Assembly (NCBI GenBank): GCA_047495785.1
Contig: JBLDXI010000015.1
Location: 558,001 to 622,000, forward strand
From: Lepidodermella squamata
Taxonomy: Eukaryota > Animalia > Gastrotricha
DNA length: 64,000 nt
Direction: 5' to 3'
Positions 24,101 through 37,620 of the stretch are shown here, one piece after another. The first letter of the stretch is position 1. Each line of letters starts with the position of its first letter. Below the pieces are notes generated by a model. It ran no database searches and had not been told where the DNA came from. It was given only the letters and a program-made list of their open reading frames with translations. The translations under genes and the position numbers were made by a program.

Positions 24101-27100
24101 TGATACTTACAATCGGACCGAAGTCTGGGCTGTAAAAGAGTCTCTCGCTGGTAACTCATGGGAACTTGCTGTTGCCCCGATTTATCGAAAGCAGGGATTT
24201 TCCTTCGCTCGAGTTTCCTTTTCAACTCGAACTTTGCAAGGCTCAATCTCTCCATCATATTCATTCTACTTGGATGACGTTTCCTTTCTGAACTCAACTT
24301 GTCCCAATTTGGTTGAAAGCACGTTCGAAGATTCTAACTATTACACCCCAGTTAGATTAGACGAGGTTGAGTTCTTCCCTCAGCTACAATGGGTCTGGAT
24401 ATCTGCTGCTAGTCCTGACTCTTCAAAAGCCATTAACCCGCCTAGTAAGGATCACACGACTAATTCAACCTTCGGCCACTATCTTTTGGCTGATGGCTTC
24501 GAAATGCTGCTTAAAAACCAGTCGCAACTCTTAAGCCATTCCCCACAAACTGGACCTTTCGCAAATGATGGCTGTATTTCAGCCTGGTATTGGTACCAAG
24601 GATCAGCAATGACTCTGGGGCTTGAATTAACGTCTAACTCTGGTTCGCAAATCTTGAAATCCGTGGAAGTTGCTGAGCCAACAAATTCGATTTGGAAAGA
24701 GGTCAAAATTCCAGTTCCAGCCAACCTCGAATTCCGCCTTGGTCTCAGAGCTTCCATAAACCTGGGGTCCAAAGATGGAACTAGCTTCATTGCCGTTGAT
24801 GACATAGCATATTCCAACGAGGCCTGCTTCTCGGTTGAAACTACGACAACTGCTACACAAACTTCGCGAGCAACGACAACCATGCCTAGCAAGAACCTAG
24901 TCAAAGAAATGTCTTGCGATTTCGATCCTGTATTCGAAGAGCCTGATGCTAATCCGTTCTGCGAATGGCACGCTCCGAGTGACTCTCAAAATGTGAAATT
25001 CAACTTTGATGTCGCGTCAGGTCAGTTACCTTCAGGTTATGGACCAAATACGGATGTTTCAGGAAGTGGTCGTTACGCCTATTTGGAAGCACATTACGAT
25101 GTTTCGAATGACCGACTTGGCTATAGTAGGCTGATTAGTCCAAAAGTTAGGAATTTCACGGCAGGGCAAACAGTTTGCTTCACATTTTGGTATCTGATCA
25201 ACTCACCCTTTAAGCCTCAGCTCACTTTGTGGGATTCAAAGGAAGAATTCAGCTTTTGGCAGCGGCAAGGTGATTCTGGCCGTGATTGGCAGTTCGTTCA
25301 AGTTGAGTTGGAGTCGACTGATGGCACCATTGGTCTCATGTTCAAAGCCAGTTTCAGCCGTGGTAATCTAGGTGTCATAGCTTTTGACGAGCTGAAACTC
25401 TATTCAGAACCTTGCGAAGCAACTTACAACAAATGCACGTTCGATATTGAGGCCGAGTCAGATTTTTGCATTTGGAAGAAAGACCCAAGCGAGCCACGAC
25501 CTTGGGCGAAATTAAACGGCGTTTACGACGCTGTCCACCTATACAAGCCTATACTTGATGCAACATATCGAGTAGGCACAGCCCATTTTCTTACGTACGA
25601 AATTCCTGATAGGAGAGCATCGATTGGGACTATTGAAACAGATTTCCTATCCCTCCAAGCTGGTTCAGATTCAGGATGTTTCCGCGGTTTTCTTCAAGCA
25701 AAATCAGACGGCGTAGCTTCTCAGGGCTTAACGCTTTTCATGTATCTTGTACCAGAGAATGGGGATAAGCCGCAAGTTTTAATGGGATTTCAAGAGCTCA
25801 TTAGGATGAATGACTGGCAACCATTTGCTTTCGATCTAGAGCCTGAGAGCGGTGGTAGATTCAAGGTGCGAATTCAGGCCACGGCTGTTTCTTCGTATCC
25901 GAGCGTTTCTTTGGACGATCTTTCAATCGACCTCGAGAACAACTGCGAAGGCCTGTCTGGGGCAGCCTCTTGCGATTTTGAATCAGGGTTGTGTGGTTGG
26001 TGGAATACTCAATCTAATAAAGACGATAGCTGGCAGTTGCACCGAGGCCCTACACCGGCTTCTGGCACTGGCCCTAACACCGACCATACCTTAGGAACAA
26101 AACGGGGTTATTACGTCTACTTCGATTCTAGAGCTGAGTTAGTTCAACAGACCATGGGGTCGACTGGTACAGCGATTCTCCACCACGAATACCTATCGCC
26201 CCTCAGCTTCATCCAAAGCGACCTGAAGGCGTGCTTCAAGTTCTGGTATCACATGTCAGGGCTATGCACTGTCCAGAAATTTGAGTTTTTCAACGATCCT
26301 GATATTGATTCGGGCCACGAAGCTCTTTGGAAGGTCATGGGGAGCCAGGGGAATGCTTGGAAGCTTGGTCTGGTCAACGTAACCTTGAGAGACATAAGTT
26401 ACCCTATCACCTTACAATTCAAGGTCACGGCGGCGGGGGAGAAGATTCCATGTGATGTTGCGATAGACGATACAGTCCTACTCCCGGGAGATTGCAGCAA
26501 GTACCAAGAACCTATCGATCTACCTAAATTCACCTGCTCAAATGGCTACCGAGTTCCGCTGAGTTCGGTCTGTAACTTGATCGAGGAGTGCCCTAATGGC
26601 GAAGATGAGTTGGACTGTGGCTTCTCTTGTGACTTCGACGATCCGAATGAGAAATGCTCTTGGCATATTTCTGTGTCCCATAGCCAGCAATGGCAGCTGG
26701 GGAATGGTTTGAATGATTCTTCTAGCCACCTGGCACCAAAAGTCGATGCTACTACCAATTCCGACCGAGGGGGCTTTCTGTTCGATGTTCCTAACAAGTT
26801 TAGCCCTATTGACGGACCGGCTGAGGTCGTGTTGAGACTACCCCGTTCAGCAGATACATGCAACCTGTCTTACTACTTTGTTGCCTCGGGGTCCGATGCA
26901 TTATTCGGTCAGTCAAGCTTATTCGACTTCATCTCCAGAATGATATTTTTAATTTCGTAGAAATGGAGGTGTCGATCCGAAATGGGGCAAGTAAAATCGA
27001 TTTGTACCGGACGCAGACTGAAACTGGCCCTAATCAATGGGTATCAGTAAGCGTTGATCTCGGCCACATTGAGGAGGAGAGCCAAGTAAAGCTTTGAGCT

Positions 27101-30100
27101 AAAACCCCTCTATCATTATTTCTTGCTTTAAGGTGGTGATTGGAGGCATCAAGTTCTTGAAAGATCGAAATGTCCTGGCTTTAGATGGCCTAAAGCTATC
27201 GGATTGCGAATTCCCGAAGCAAACTATCGGACCATGCCATGCCAATGAATTCCGATGCGTGAATACAGCAGCTTGTATTCCTGAAGACCTTGTCTGCGAC
27301 GGTAAAGAAAGTTCCTGTTCTCTATTTTCTGAAAGAACCTGTCCATTTTCTTAGTTGTGGATCATTGTGGTGACGGAAGCGATGAAGCGGATTGCGGTAA
27401 GTACTTATAATCATTCCGACTTTCCTATAAATTTAACGCATAACTCAGAAAATCATCCATTCTACTGCGATTTTGAGAGTGGAGATTGCGGAATAAAGAC
27501 TGAATATATTCCGACTTTCGCTGATAAAAGCTTTCAAGTTAAATCCAGTCAAATCGCGAGCTCCTACGGTAAGTCCCAGCTACATCATTGTTTCAGCCTT
27601 TATTTCGCCCCCACGGATAGTTCCACAACGAGATCACACGACTGGACTTAGTTTTGGTGAGTGATTTTTTAAAATGTACCTGTCTGTCTCATAATTTCAA
27701 TTTTAGGTCACAGTTTTGTGGCTAGTGACCCGGACAATTGCGGCCTCATAACGTGCCCTGATTCACCTCATTCATTCTATTACAACATGAAATTTACCCT
27801 TAATAAGTTGTTTCTACTCAAGTCTCGTGGATCAACTGACTGTAACGTGAGTTAACACTAATGCATTCTATGCTTTCTCTGATATTCACATCACTGATTT
27901 TCAGCTCCGATTTTACTACAACGTTAAAAATAACAAAGGGAAGTTAACTCCATCGTCTGAGCCCATCATCGGCATTACCTTTTCCGCTTACTCTTCATCC
28001 TGGGGGTCTTTGTTGTTTGGAGCAGGGGCGCCAAACGAGAAATGGATTAAAGCCGACGTTCCGATTCGGTCTACCGCAGTAACCGACCTGAGCGAATACC
28101 CCTTCAGCTTGGAATTTTCGGCAATGAACCCCAATTTTTACGTGGCTGTGGACGACATATCTATGTCGAAGGGATGCGTTGCTTTGGAGACGGAAAATTG
28201 CGATCTTTCGACAAACTACTACCCCTGTGACCCAAAAGACGGCAAATACAAATGCATTCCTTACCTTTACCAGCAAGATTTCATCATCGATTGGTAAGCT
28301 TTTTCCAGAAATCCTGTAACTTAGTTTACGAAGAACTCTTTCAAGCCCATGGGTCGACGATGAGCCGTTTTTCTGTACCTACGAGAAGAGGAGCGGCATT
28401 GACGATTGTAATTTCTTTTGGGACTTCGATCCGGTAAACGGGCCATTCAAACCAGGCCTTGTCTCTCAAGTTCCTAACTCGCTCGAGCCAAGCACTGATG
28501 GTCCACCTAGTCTTAATCCCAAGGGGGCCTACCTCAAGGCAGATATTGACTTAGCTAAGAATCATAGACTAGATGTAACATCGAAGTACCTTCACAATAT
28601 TCCAACACGTTGTTCAATTCGATTCGCCGTTTATTTCCAGAGCTACATTTACAACGAGATGGAAATTGAAGTTTACTACAAAAAGCAAAGGGTTGGTCTT
28701 CAAAGAGTAGGTTCGAGTAAGTCATGGCTCACAGCTGGACCATTTGGCATCAATCCAACCGATGAAACCCTCGATGACGCAGAGATAACCCTAACTTTCC
28801 TTTTGGGCGATGGAAATTTTCAACCTAGCAAAGCTCATTTCGGTTTAGATAACATATTCTTCGACGAAAATTGCAATACGAATCGCCAACTGCCGGATGT
28901 TGATTGTGACTTTGATCAGGGGAAGCTTTGCAACTGGAAATCATCACCCCCAATATTCGTCAATAAGCAGTTAGGATTAGACTGGCATTTCACGACCGGG
29001 TCTGATGCGAAAACTAACGGGGGGCCCAGAGTGGACTTCAGCGGGAAGGGGCAGTATATAATGATGTCCGATCACCTCACTTTGAGTTTGGTCGGTAGTC
29101 GAGGGGGGTATGTTGAGTTGTCTAGCAACGTCTTCAACGCTACTAGTTTACCTGAACCGTCTTGTTTAAACTTCGCTTACAGTATAGACGGCCCGATACC
29201 ACCGAAATTAGGTTTCATCCTATATGAAGACCAAAGTGAGACTGAGTTGTTTATCCGCGTGCAGCCTCAAGGTAACCAATGGTATACGGGAACAATAGAT
29301 CTCCAAGCTATGAAAACCACTCGGAACTTTCAGTTCCTTTTCTACGCCTATCTAAATGGGGGTAGTGCGACTGATGGCTACGTAGCTTTGGATGAAATTA
29401 AGCTCAGAAGAGGGGTTTGTCCGAATATAGGTCAAATCTGCGACTTTGAACAAAATCTTTGCTCATGGACCTCCCCGGCAGACTATGACATTGAATTCAC
29501 AAGAACTAATGCTGCGGCTCATGACGGCGGGAAAACCGGGCCCAAGCTAGACCACACCACGGGGACTAGCTTCGGACATTTCGTAAAGATCGAAGGGGAT
29601 AATTCGTTACAAGGCCAGATTGCTGGCCTCAGAAGCCAGACGTTATCACCACTTATTGAGTTTGAAAGCCGGTGTCTTAAATTTTGGTATCATATGTATG
29701 GCTCAGGGATTGGTCAACTCAGTGTTAATGTCTCCCCATCAAAAAATCGTAGGCTCATGTGGTCTAGATCTGGCAACCATGGGGACCACTGGTGGAAAGG
29801 AACTCTCCAAATCAACAGGGAGGATCTCATCCAGCCAGATTCATCTTTTTCTGTCACTTTCGAGGCAGTGATAGGGGAGAATCAATTAAGCGATATTGCC
29901 CTAGACGACATTCATTTTTCCGAAAAGGAATGCGGTCCTATTGCGACTTGCTCCTTCGAAAAGGATACATGCGGCTTTTGGGGCATGCCCGAGATCGTGG
30001 GGTCCCACTTCTGGGTACGAAACAATGGCGAAACCCCCGGGCAAATTTCGGGGCCCAAATTTGATCATACTTACGGAAACTCATCCGGGTTTTACATGTA

Positions 30101-33100
30101 CGTCGATAGCACAAAGGCTGGAGATGTTCAGGTTATTCAGCCCTTCTACGCCTATTTAGCCAGCGAGATAATAGAGGGTTCTCCCGCGGGGCATTGTCTG
30201 AGCTTCTATTACTTCTTGGATGGGGCTTACATTCCTCAACTGGAGGTGAAAATCATGTCTCAAACAAGTAATTGGACTTTAGGAGAAACAAATTGGGCCA
30301 TTCCTGCCTTACGAACAGAAGAATGGGTTTTGGGACAGGTTAGTCTATTCATAGACTCGGACTACGCCTTTGTCTTCGAAGCACATTTTGCAACACCAAA
30401 TGCTGTAAATTTCGGCGATGTTTCTTTGGATGATGTGGTTCTATCTCAAGATGGACCTTGCCAGGGAGATTCTGCGCCGACTACAACACTTGCTTCCACG
30501 ACTTTATCTCCCGAGAGAATGTTCATGCCATGCGGATTTGAAGTTGACCGATGCGTCTGGGCTGTTCGAGATAGTGATCGAAACAATCTAGATTGGAAGC
30601 GGTCTTCAGGCGACTATCCTCTACAAAAAGACGCCGCCCCTTACGACCATACTAAGAGGGATGGAAGTGGTCATTATGTGAGTTACTCAAAATGCCTCAA
30701 AGTTCCTATATTATTTTGATTTTAGATGGCTAGCGTGACAACTAACACTAAAGTCGATAGTCTCATTCAGTCTACATTGCTGAGCCCGTTTTTCGAAACA
30801 AAACGAATTCATTGTACGATCAAGCTTTACATCTACTCCTCTCCAGAGATGAAAGACGATCAACAACTAAATATAGGATACCAAGTCCCATCTCGACCTA
30901 CAGATTCGCTTTGGTTCCAAAATGGGCCTCTCAATAAAAGCATCTGGGAACCTGTTATCATCGAAATCGGAGATACCTCTTCCAACCCGTTCCAGTTCTA
31001 CATAACCCATACGAGCAGGTTTAGTTTCAGGGAAACCAAGAAGGGGTTCGTAGCGATAGATGATATCAGCTACCTGGACTGCAAAAATCCTAGTCCAAGC
31101 CCGGCTCCCTGCGATGAAATAAATCAATTTCAATGCAGAAATCGGGTTTGCATTGATTTGTCTCGAACCTGCGATTTGACCGATGATTGCGGCGATGGCA
31201 GTGACGAAGATCGAGCTACTGTCTGTAGACATATCATCCTAATCAACCTAGAAGATGATCGAACCACGGAATGGATCACTAATGTTCAACCTGGTGATGG
31301 AGCTGATGTTGCTTGGGTCTTGAAGCAGGGTAGATCGGACTCTTTCCTAACCGGCCCGCAATTCGACCACACTTACGCGAATCAGTATGGCCACTACTAC
31401 GTCGCCCCTTTTGATGACAGTAAGGCCTATTCCAAGGCGAGACTGATCTTACCAATCTTATCAGCTGAAAATTCGGACCCTCGGTATTGCCAAGTTCGCT
31501 TCTATGTGTACATGTTTGGGTTTGATGTTGGTGTGCTGGAAGCCTCTTATCGAACAACGTCAAATGGGCCACTGACCAGTTTATGGCGATCATCTGGGAG
31601 CGTTGGCAGGTATTGGAAAAGAGTCTCTCTCGACCTATCTGGCATTCTAAACTCAATCCAAACGAATTTCGAGATCGTTATTGAGGCGACGCATGTCAAG
31701 GGGAATAACGGCTACATAGCTGTAGATGACTTTTCTATGACCGATGGTTGCGTTCGAGCTTCGGAAGATGAGCTCCCCGAATATACAACTCCCACCCCGG
31801 AGCCTTGTGATCATGACCCTAATCTATTCAAGTGCTTCAAATCCCCTCCTTTGACCTGTATCGAACAGAGATTTGTCTGTAACTTCGTATCAGACTGTCC
31901 ATACGGTGAAGATGAAGAACCACCAAGCTGCGTCCGTCAATCAACCGATTTCACTTTAGGCATGTTGAACTTGGAAGGCTGGGTCGATGCGTCTGCATCG
32001 AAATTTGAGTGGCAAGTTGTCAATTCCTTGAATCCTCCCATGGTTTGCAATTCTTACTGCTCAAAATCTGACTTCGATGGTCTAAACTACTACGCCACCG
32101 CTATTGGAATATCCAATGTTCCATCAAATTCAATTGCTAATTTGACTTTGCTGAAACCGATATCAGCCTCAGGTCCTAGCTGTGTTCTCGAGTTCGCCTA
32201 TCAAAACAAAATCGAACTCCACATTGTCGGAGATGGCCATCGGCAAATGATATGGAGAAATATGGAATATACAGACGCTTCAAAGTGGGAAAAAGCAGCA
32301 GTTCCGTTAGGAATTCAAATTTCGCCATTCAGCCTGGAATTCACGACTTTGAATTCTGTTAATCGATTTGCAAGTCTTGACGCGATCAACTTCACAAACT
32401 GCGGCCAACTTGAGCCGAAAGATTCTTGCGATTCATCTAAAGAATTTCGATGCCCGAAAGAAGGCTTTTGCTTAGATATGAACTTCCTATGTGACTTTGG
32501 AGATCATTGTGGTGATGGGTTACCAAGCGATGTTACTTCATCTTCAGATGAGAGGAAAGAGCTTTGTCAGTCAAACTATCCAGCTAGGTGTTCCTTTGAT
32601 GAGCCAGCAATCGATTGCTTTGAATGGACAATCGACCCTCTCAGTCAAGCCTACTGGCGTGTGGAGGAGGCTAGAAGAACTCTACTCGGCCCTTTCAATG
32701 ATCACACGACAAAGACTACACTAGGCCATATTCTAGCTTTGAATTATCAATCGATCAGAGTTGAGCCATCGAAGGCTATGTTCAAAACCTCGAACAGAGT
32801 GATTGTCCCGTCAGAAATTAGCGACTGTCGTCTAAGATTCTGGCTCTTCTATTCCGTTAAGGTGGAGCAAGGGTTCTCAGTGAAGATTCGAACATCTCAG
32901 AATCCTTTGATGGAAACCACTTTGCGATCTGACTTCGAGCCTTTAGGAGAGGCTTGGTTACGTTACGAAGTTCCGATCAGGCCTCCTAAGTTCGGGGAAC
33001 CTTTTGAGATATTTTTCGAGGCTGCCTTAGCTCGGCCATCCTCAACTAACCCGGTGATTGCCGTCGACGATATCTCACTAACACCTGATTGCCTTTTAAC

Positions 33101-35100
33101 TGATCGGCAATTACCAGGATTCGAAGCTGCGACTACGACAACACACGCCCCTCAATGTGATTCAATCCCAGGGACATACCAGTGTCTGATTTCAGGAAAA
33201 TGCTACTCCCTCGCTCAGCATTGTAACTTTGTCCAAGACTGCGGTCCTGATGACAACTCAGACGAGTTGGGATGTACGGCTGGTTGTGACTTTGATCTTG
33301 GCCCGAATGATTTGTGCAATTGGCGAAATTCTAGCGTTAATGACGAGCCTTTCTATTGGTTGGATAAAGGTCCTGAGAGTAACCCGTCCCTACCCCCAAA
33401 AGATGCAACAGGTGGCGGGTACTTACACACCCTACTCAAGCGCAGCAACGACCGAGCTACCTTGCAGTCTAACTTGTTCCAGCATGTTTCGCCGAGTTGC
33501 AAAATCAGCTTCTTCTACTTTGCCGTTAGTATAACAGGGTCAGGAATTCCATCAAAGTTGACTGTATCTATCAAGCTATCGTCCGGATTGAAAAATGCTA
33601 TTTTCTCAGTAACTGCGTCTCCTCCGGTTTCTGATAGAGGCTGGAAATACGTTCAAGTTCCCCTTTACCCAAAGGATAGCTTTGAAGTCATTTTTGAGGC
33701 TACTCGAGGTTCCGAGACCTACGGTGATGTAGCAATAGATGGAATCAAATTTGTCGACTGCGCCTCGGAAATTCCAGCCGTGGTTTGTCCGTCTAAAACT
33801 GATTTCCTATGCTCTGATGGATCTAAATGCATCAATGACTATCAATTGTGCGATTTCACTGCTGACTGTCGAGATGGAAGTGACGAGGACCTGGTGCTAT
33901 GCCAATCCAAACGCAGCAGGGGGTCTTGCACGTTCGAAGATGCAAACAACTGGGAAAATTCTTGCTTCTGGAATTCTTTCATCGAAAATACAGATACAGC
34001 GAAATGGCTAGTTTCCCAAGCCTCCTTATTCAGCATTAATAATGGTCCAAGGTCCGATCATACGCTGGCATCTTCCTCTGGCCATTTCGCATTTGTTGAC
34101 ACGTCAAAAGTCGACGATTTCTCAAATTTTGAAACAGCTTCCTTGGAATCGAGAACCGTCTATCCGGCGAATGAAAATGGGACTTGTTCATTCAGGTTCT
34201 ACTACTACCTTTACAGAGCTAAATCTAGCAGGGGGTCTGGAATCTTGACGATTTCCACTACTGGGGTTGAAACTTTGAAAATAGAAACGCATCTGAAAAT
34301 TTCGATGTTGAGCGTAAACCCTGGTTCAAACTCGGGTACCGGTAGGCCGGAATTGTGGCAGCATGGATTGGCCAGAATTGCTCGATCAGAGCCTTTCAAG
34401 ATATTGGTGATCACGGAATTTGATGATAACCCTCTATCGATCTTCGCCATCGATGACATAAGCTTATCAGAGGGATGCAGAACAGGTTCGTATGAGCCTG
34501 TAGCTGCCTGCCCTGGAAAGGACCTATTTTGCGAGTCTGACCGAACTTGCATTCCAAATTCGTGGCTTTGTGATTCCTTCTGCGATTGTCCACCAATGAA
34601 TGCGTCGGCGCAATGCTTGGATGAGATGAATTGTGAATACCCAAGTACAAAGCCCGAGGAAGAAACTACAACGCTATCTCCGGTTAAAACCAGCCCCTCC
34701 ACATCAGCTGCTCGCTCGACTGAAATCGTGATAACGTCAACCCAAATTGATGAAAAAGAAGATTCAGGGACTGACAATACAATCTATTTGATTATAGGCG
34801 CTTCAGTCGGCGGTGGAGCGATACTACTTGTTGGGGCTGTGTTTGGTGTGATAGCAATCATCCGCAAAAAGTAAGTAGGGCAGTTTTCGAGAAAGTAGTG
34901 ATTTATTTATTTTATTTTTATTTTATTATCTCTAGGAAATCAGCCCACAATACAATTTTAACAGGCACTGAGTATCTCGTTGATTCTGATGAATTTACTG
35001 CGAGCTTCGTAAGTTTGCTATAATTTTCGAGTCACCGGCTTCATAATTTTTAATATTTCAGGATGAAATCGCGTCTAACATAAATATCACACATCACTGA
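21162..35100 (+). CDS. Giant MAM and LDL-receptor class A domain type-I membrane protein (MALRD1/MAMDC4-like), >4000 aa
   Basis: Signal peptide MKRRRFIFAFIGVVSFFLSSISA split by intron 21196-21244. By eye about 21 MAM domains (CDFE..C.W..DHT..G.Y..CL.F.Y..W..IA.DDI) and about 9 LDLa modules (C..DCGDGSDE). S/T-rich stalk, TM IYLIIGASVGGGAILLVGAVFGVIAII, RKK, then a short tail on two small exons ending TGA 35098-35100. Confidence 0.9.
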
Positions 35101-35803
35101 CCTTGAATGATCAGGCTTTCAGAGTGTAAACTGCGATAAATATATCAGTGATACTGTTTGAATGGTGGATTTATTATTTATAATTTATATCATGACAATG
35201 AATTCACAGCAAGGAATGAGCATTCGCTTTCAAATAAACCAAAAATTACTAGCTGATTCTGGCTTTCGTTTTTCGCGTCTGAAAGCGCATACAATCACTG
35301 ATCATATAGACTTGAAACGCTAGAATTGTCCTTAATCATAGCCTTAATGCCGAAGTTATGGCTGTGGTTCAATCCTTCTCAAGACCAGTCAGTGATCAGT
35401 AACTGATTTTGCTTGGTCGAAGTAGGCCCTCTACATGCATCCAAGCTAGATCGTGTTCCATAGCTCATAGATACCTTCTGGAATACTCGGAAATAGCTTT
35501 CGAAATCAGTAATGTAGAACTGAATCAGCGACGGGTGAGAACAATGGCTGTTGTCAAGGAACATGCTTTCACAACAAATCGTAATGGTAGTGGCTAATTT
35601 CAGATTCTGTCGCTTTTTGCAGCTTTTAGGCGTTTTTTAATGGCGTGCTGTCCTCATCGCATTTGAAATTGAATGACGAATTCGCATCCCTGTTAATGGC
35701 GTGTAAATGCATAATTAATGGTTGACAGATGGCGAGCAAAGCTTTGCATTTAACCTGTTTTCATCATTTGCAACGCGTAAATTCCTGTTACATAGGCATA
35801 GAG

Positions 35804-37157
35804 ATGGCTGCTGCTAAAATCCGCATCGCGTTATTGTATACTTTAGCAGCTGCTACAGCTTTGGCCCAGAAACCATATCGTCGGCGAATCAATGATATTT
35901 CTGACTTCCATTCAAAGCAAATGGCGACAAACTACATTAGGGCTTGTCCTCAAGTTGAATCCCTAGTTCTGCCAGTCGATACGATGATTGTATCAAACTT
36001 CACCAGGCCACTTGCAACTTTCGTAACATTCAACCTTTATCGCCTAATCCAGATTGATGACCTAGCTAAGAGGTAGGCTCTGCAGACAATTTTCCACTAA
36101 AAGTTTGACAAAATTTACCTCAGCATGTCTGTTTGGGCGACGATGACTTTGTACTGGCATTATCCGTGCGCAGAATTCTCATGCGAAGATTTGATCGAAG
36201 ATGCGCAAGTTTGCCAAAGCGCAAAAGCAAGATTAAGTGAGGACGAATACGCGCAGTTTTTCATGACTGTGCTGCAAGACGGCCAGTATTGGACACCGGG
36301 CCTAACCCACATGAACGCAATGACTGAGGCCAGGCCGATTGAAGCGTACGATTCCTTTAACTTTACTCAAGTTTGTAAACAATTCTTCCAACAGGCAAAC
36401 GAACAACAAAATATATATTCAGCCGATCCAGAACTCCGCCTACCTATTTGCCCAGGGCAGATTCGATACTTCGTGCAGCGACTTCTCATTTGAAAATTTC
36501 CCACTCGACACGCTTGAATGTTCGATAATTTTCGACTCTGATGAGCCTGCAAATATACTGGAATACAGTGTCTCGAGTTTTAACATCGACCAGTCTTCAC
36601 TTTCAACTTTTGTCAGCTCGACTGATATTTGGCAGTTCAATGGTCTATTGGCAGCCAAAGCAGAGAAATCAAACCAAAGCGAGGCTCTGCCTCTGACTCG
36701 GTTGACGTTCACCCTGTCTTTTACTCGGAAGTACCAATACTTCATCGCTAACATATTTTTGCCAATTATCGCTCTTTTTGTCATGCAAATCGCTGATTTG
36801 ATCATGCCGCCTGATTGCCCTGATCGGGTTGGGTTCGGGGTTACTATAGTCTTGGCGTTTTCAGTCATTTTAGCCCTTGTTTTCAGCCAGATTCCTAAAT
36901 CATCTGAAACCATTCACCTAATCAATTTGGTCATCTTTAAATTCGTGACTGGCCTTGTTTTGTCGTTTTACGAGATCGTGGCTTTGACGGCATTTTCCAA
37001 CCGCGATGATTATTTGAAGAGGCAGTATAAATTTAACCTTGGTAGGCTAACGTTTCGATTCTCGTTGGCTAGAGCATGCGATTTCACGGTCGGAATTTTC
37101 ATGGCTATCGTAGCGATCATTTATGATGCTTCAACAGTGACCAGCATGATGTGCTGA
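35804..37157 (+). CDS. Divergent Cys-loop ligand-gated ion channel subunit (nAChR/5-HT3-like, orphan)
   Basis: Signal peptide; introns 36073-36123 and 36371-36422 join the three ORF pieces. WTP loop-A motif, Cys-loop CSDFSFENFPLDTLEC, pre-M1 RKYQYF, M1 IFLP, M2 DRVGFGVTIVLAFSVIL, M2-M3 IPKSS, and M4. Confidence 0.88.
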
Positions 37158-37620
37158 ATACTCAAAAACCTAAAAAGAAAGCTAACTTGTTGTGATTAGT
37201 ATGATTCGTGAGTTGAACATGGCTCTCAGAATGTCTGCTATCCTTCGATCGAAACTTTGTGTGAAAAGTTACCATATTTTGAGTCTTTTTGGTTGTCCTG
37301 CCGCATTTGATTTGTTTTATATATACGTCACGCGTAGTTGTTCCACCCGTGAGACGCTATGCTCCTAAATTATCTACATTAATATCTAATCACTCGCTTA
37401 TCACCCGAGGATTCGCCCATCACAGACCTGCTTCGATCGTAGAGTCATCACGGCATCATAGCTCTACAGCAAGGTTGAATTAGCGAAACCACCTCACGTG
37501 CGCATTGCCGGATCTCACTTAAGCTAATAAAATCGTCCTAAACCACAAGAAAACGTGACTTATACTCCAACCAAACCGAAGAATACTTTGCATGTTTAAT
37601 GCTTACCCTCCAGCCTCATA

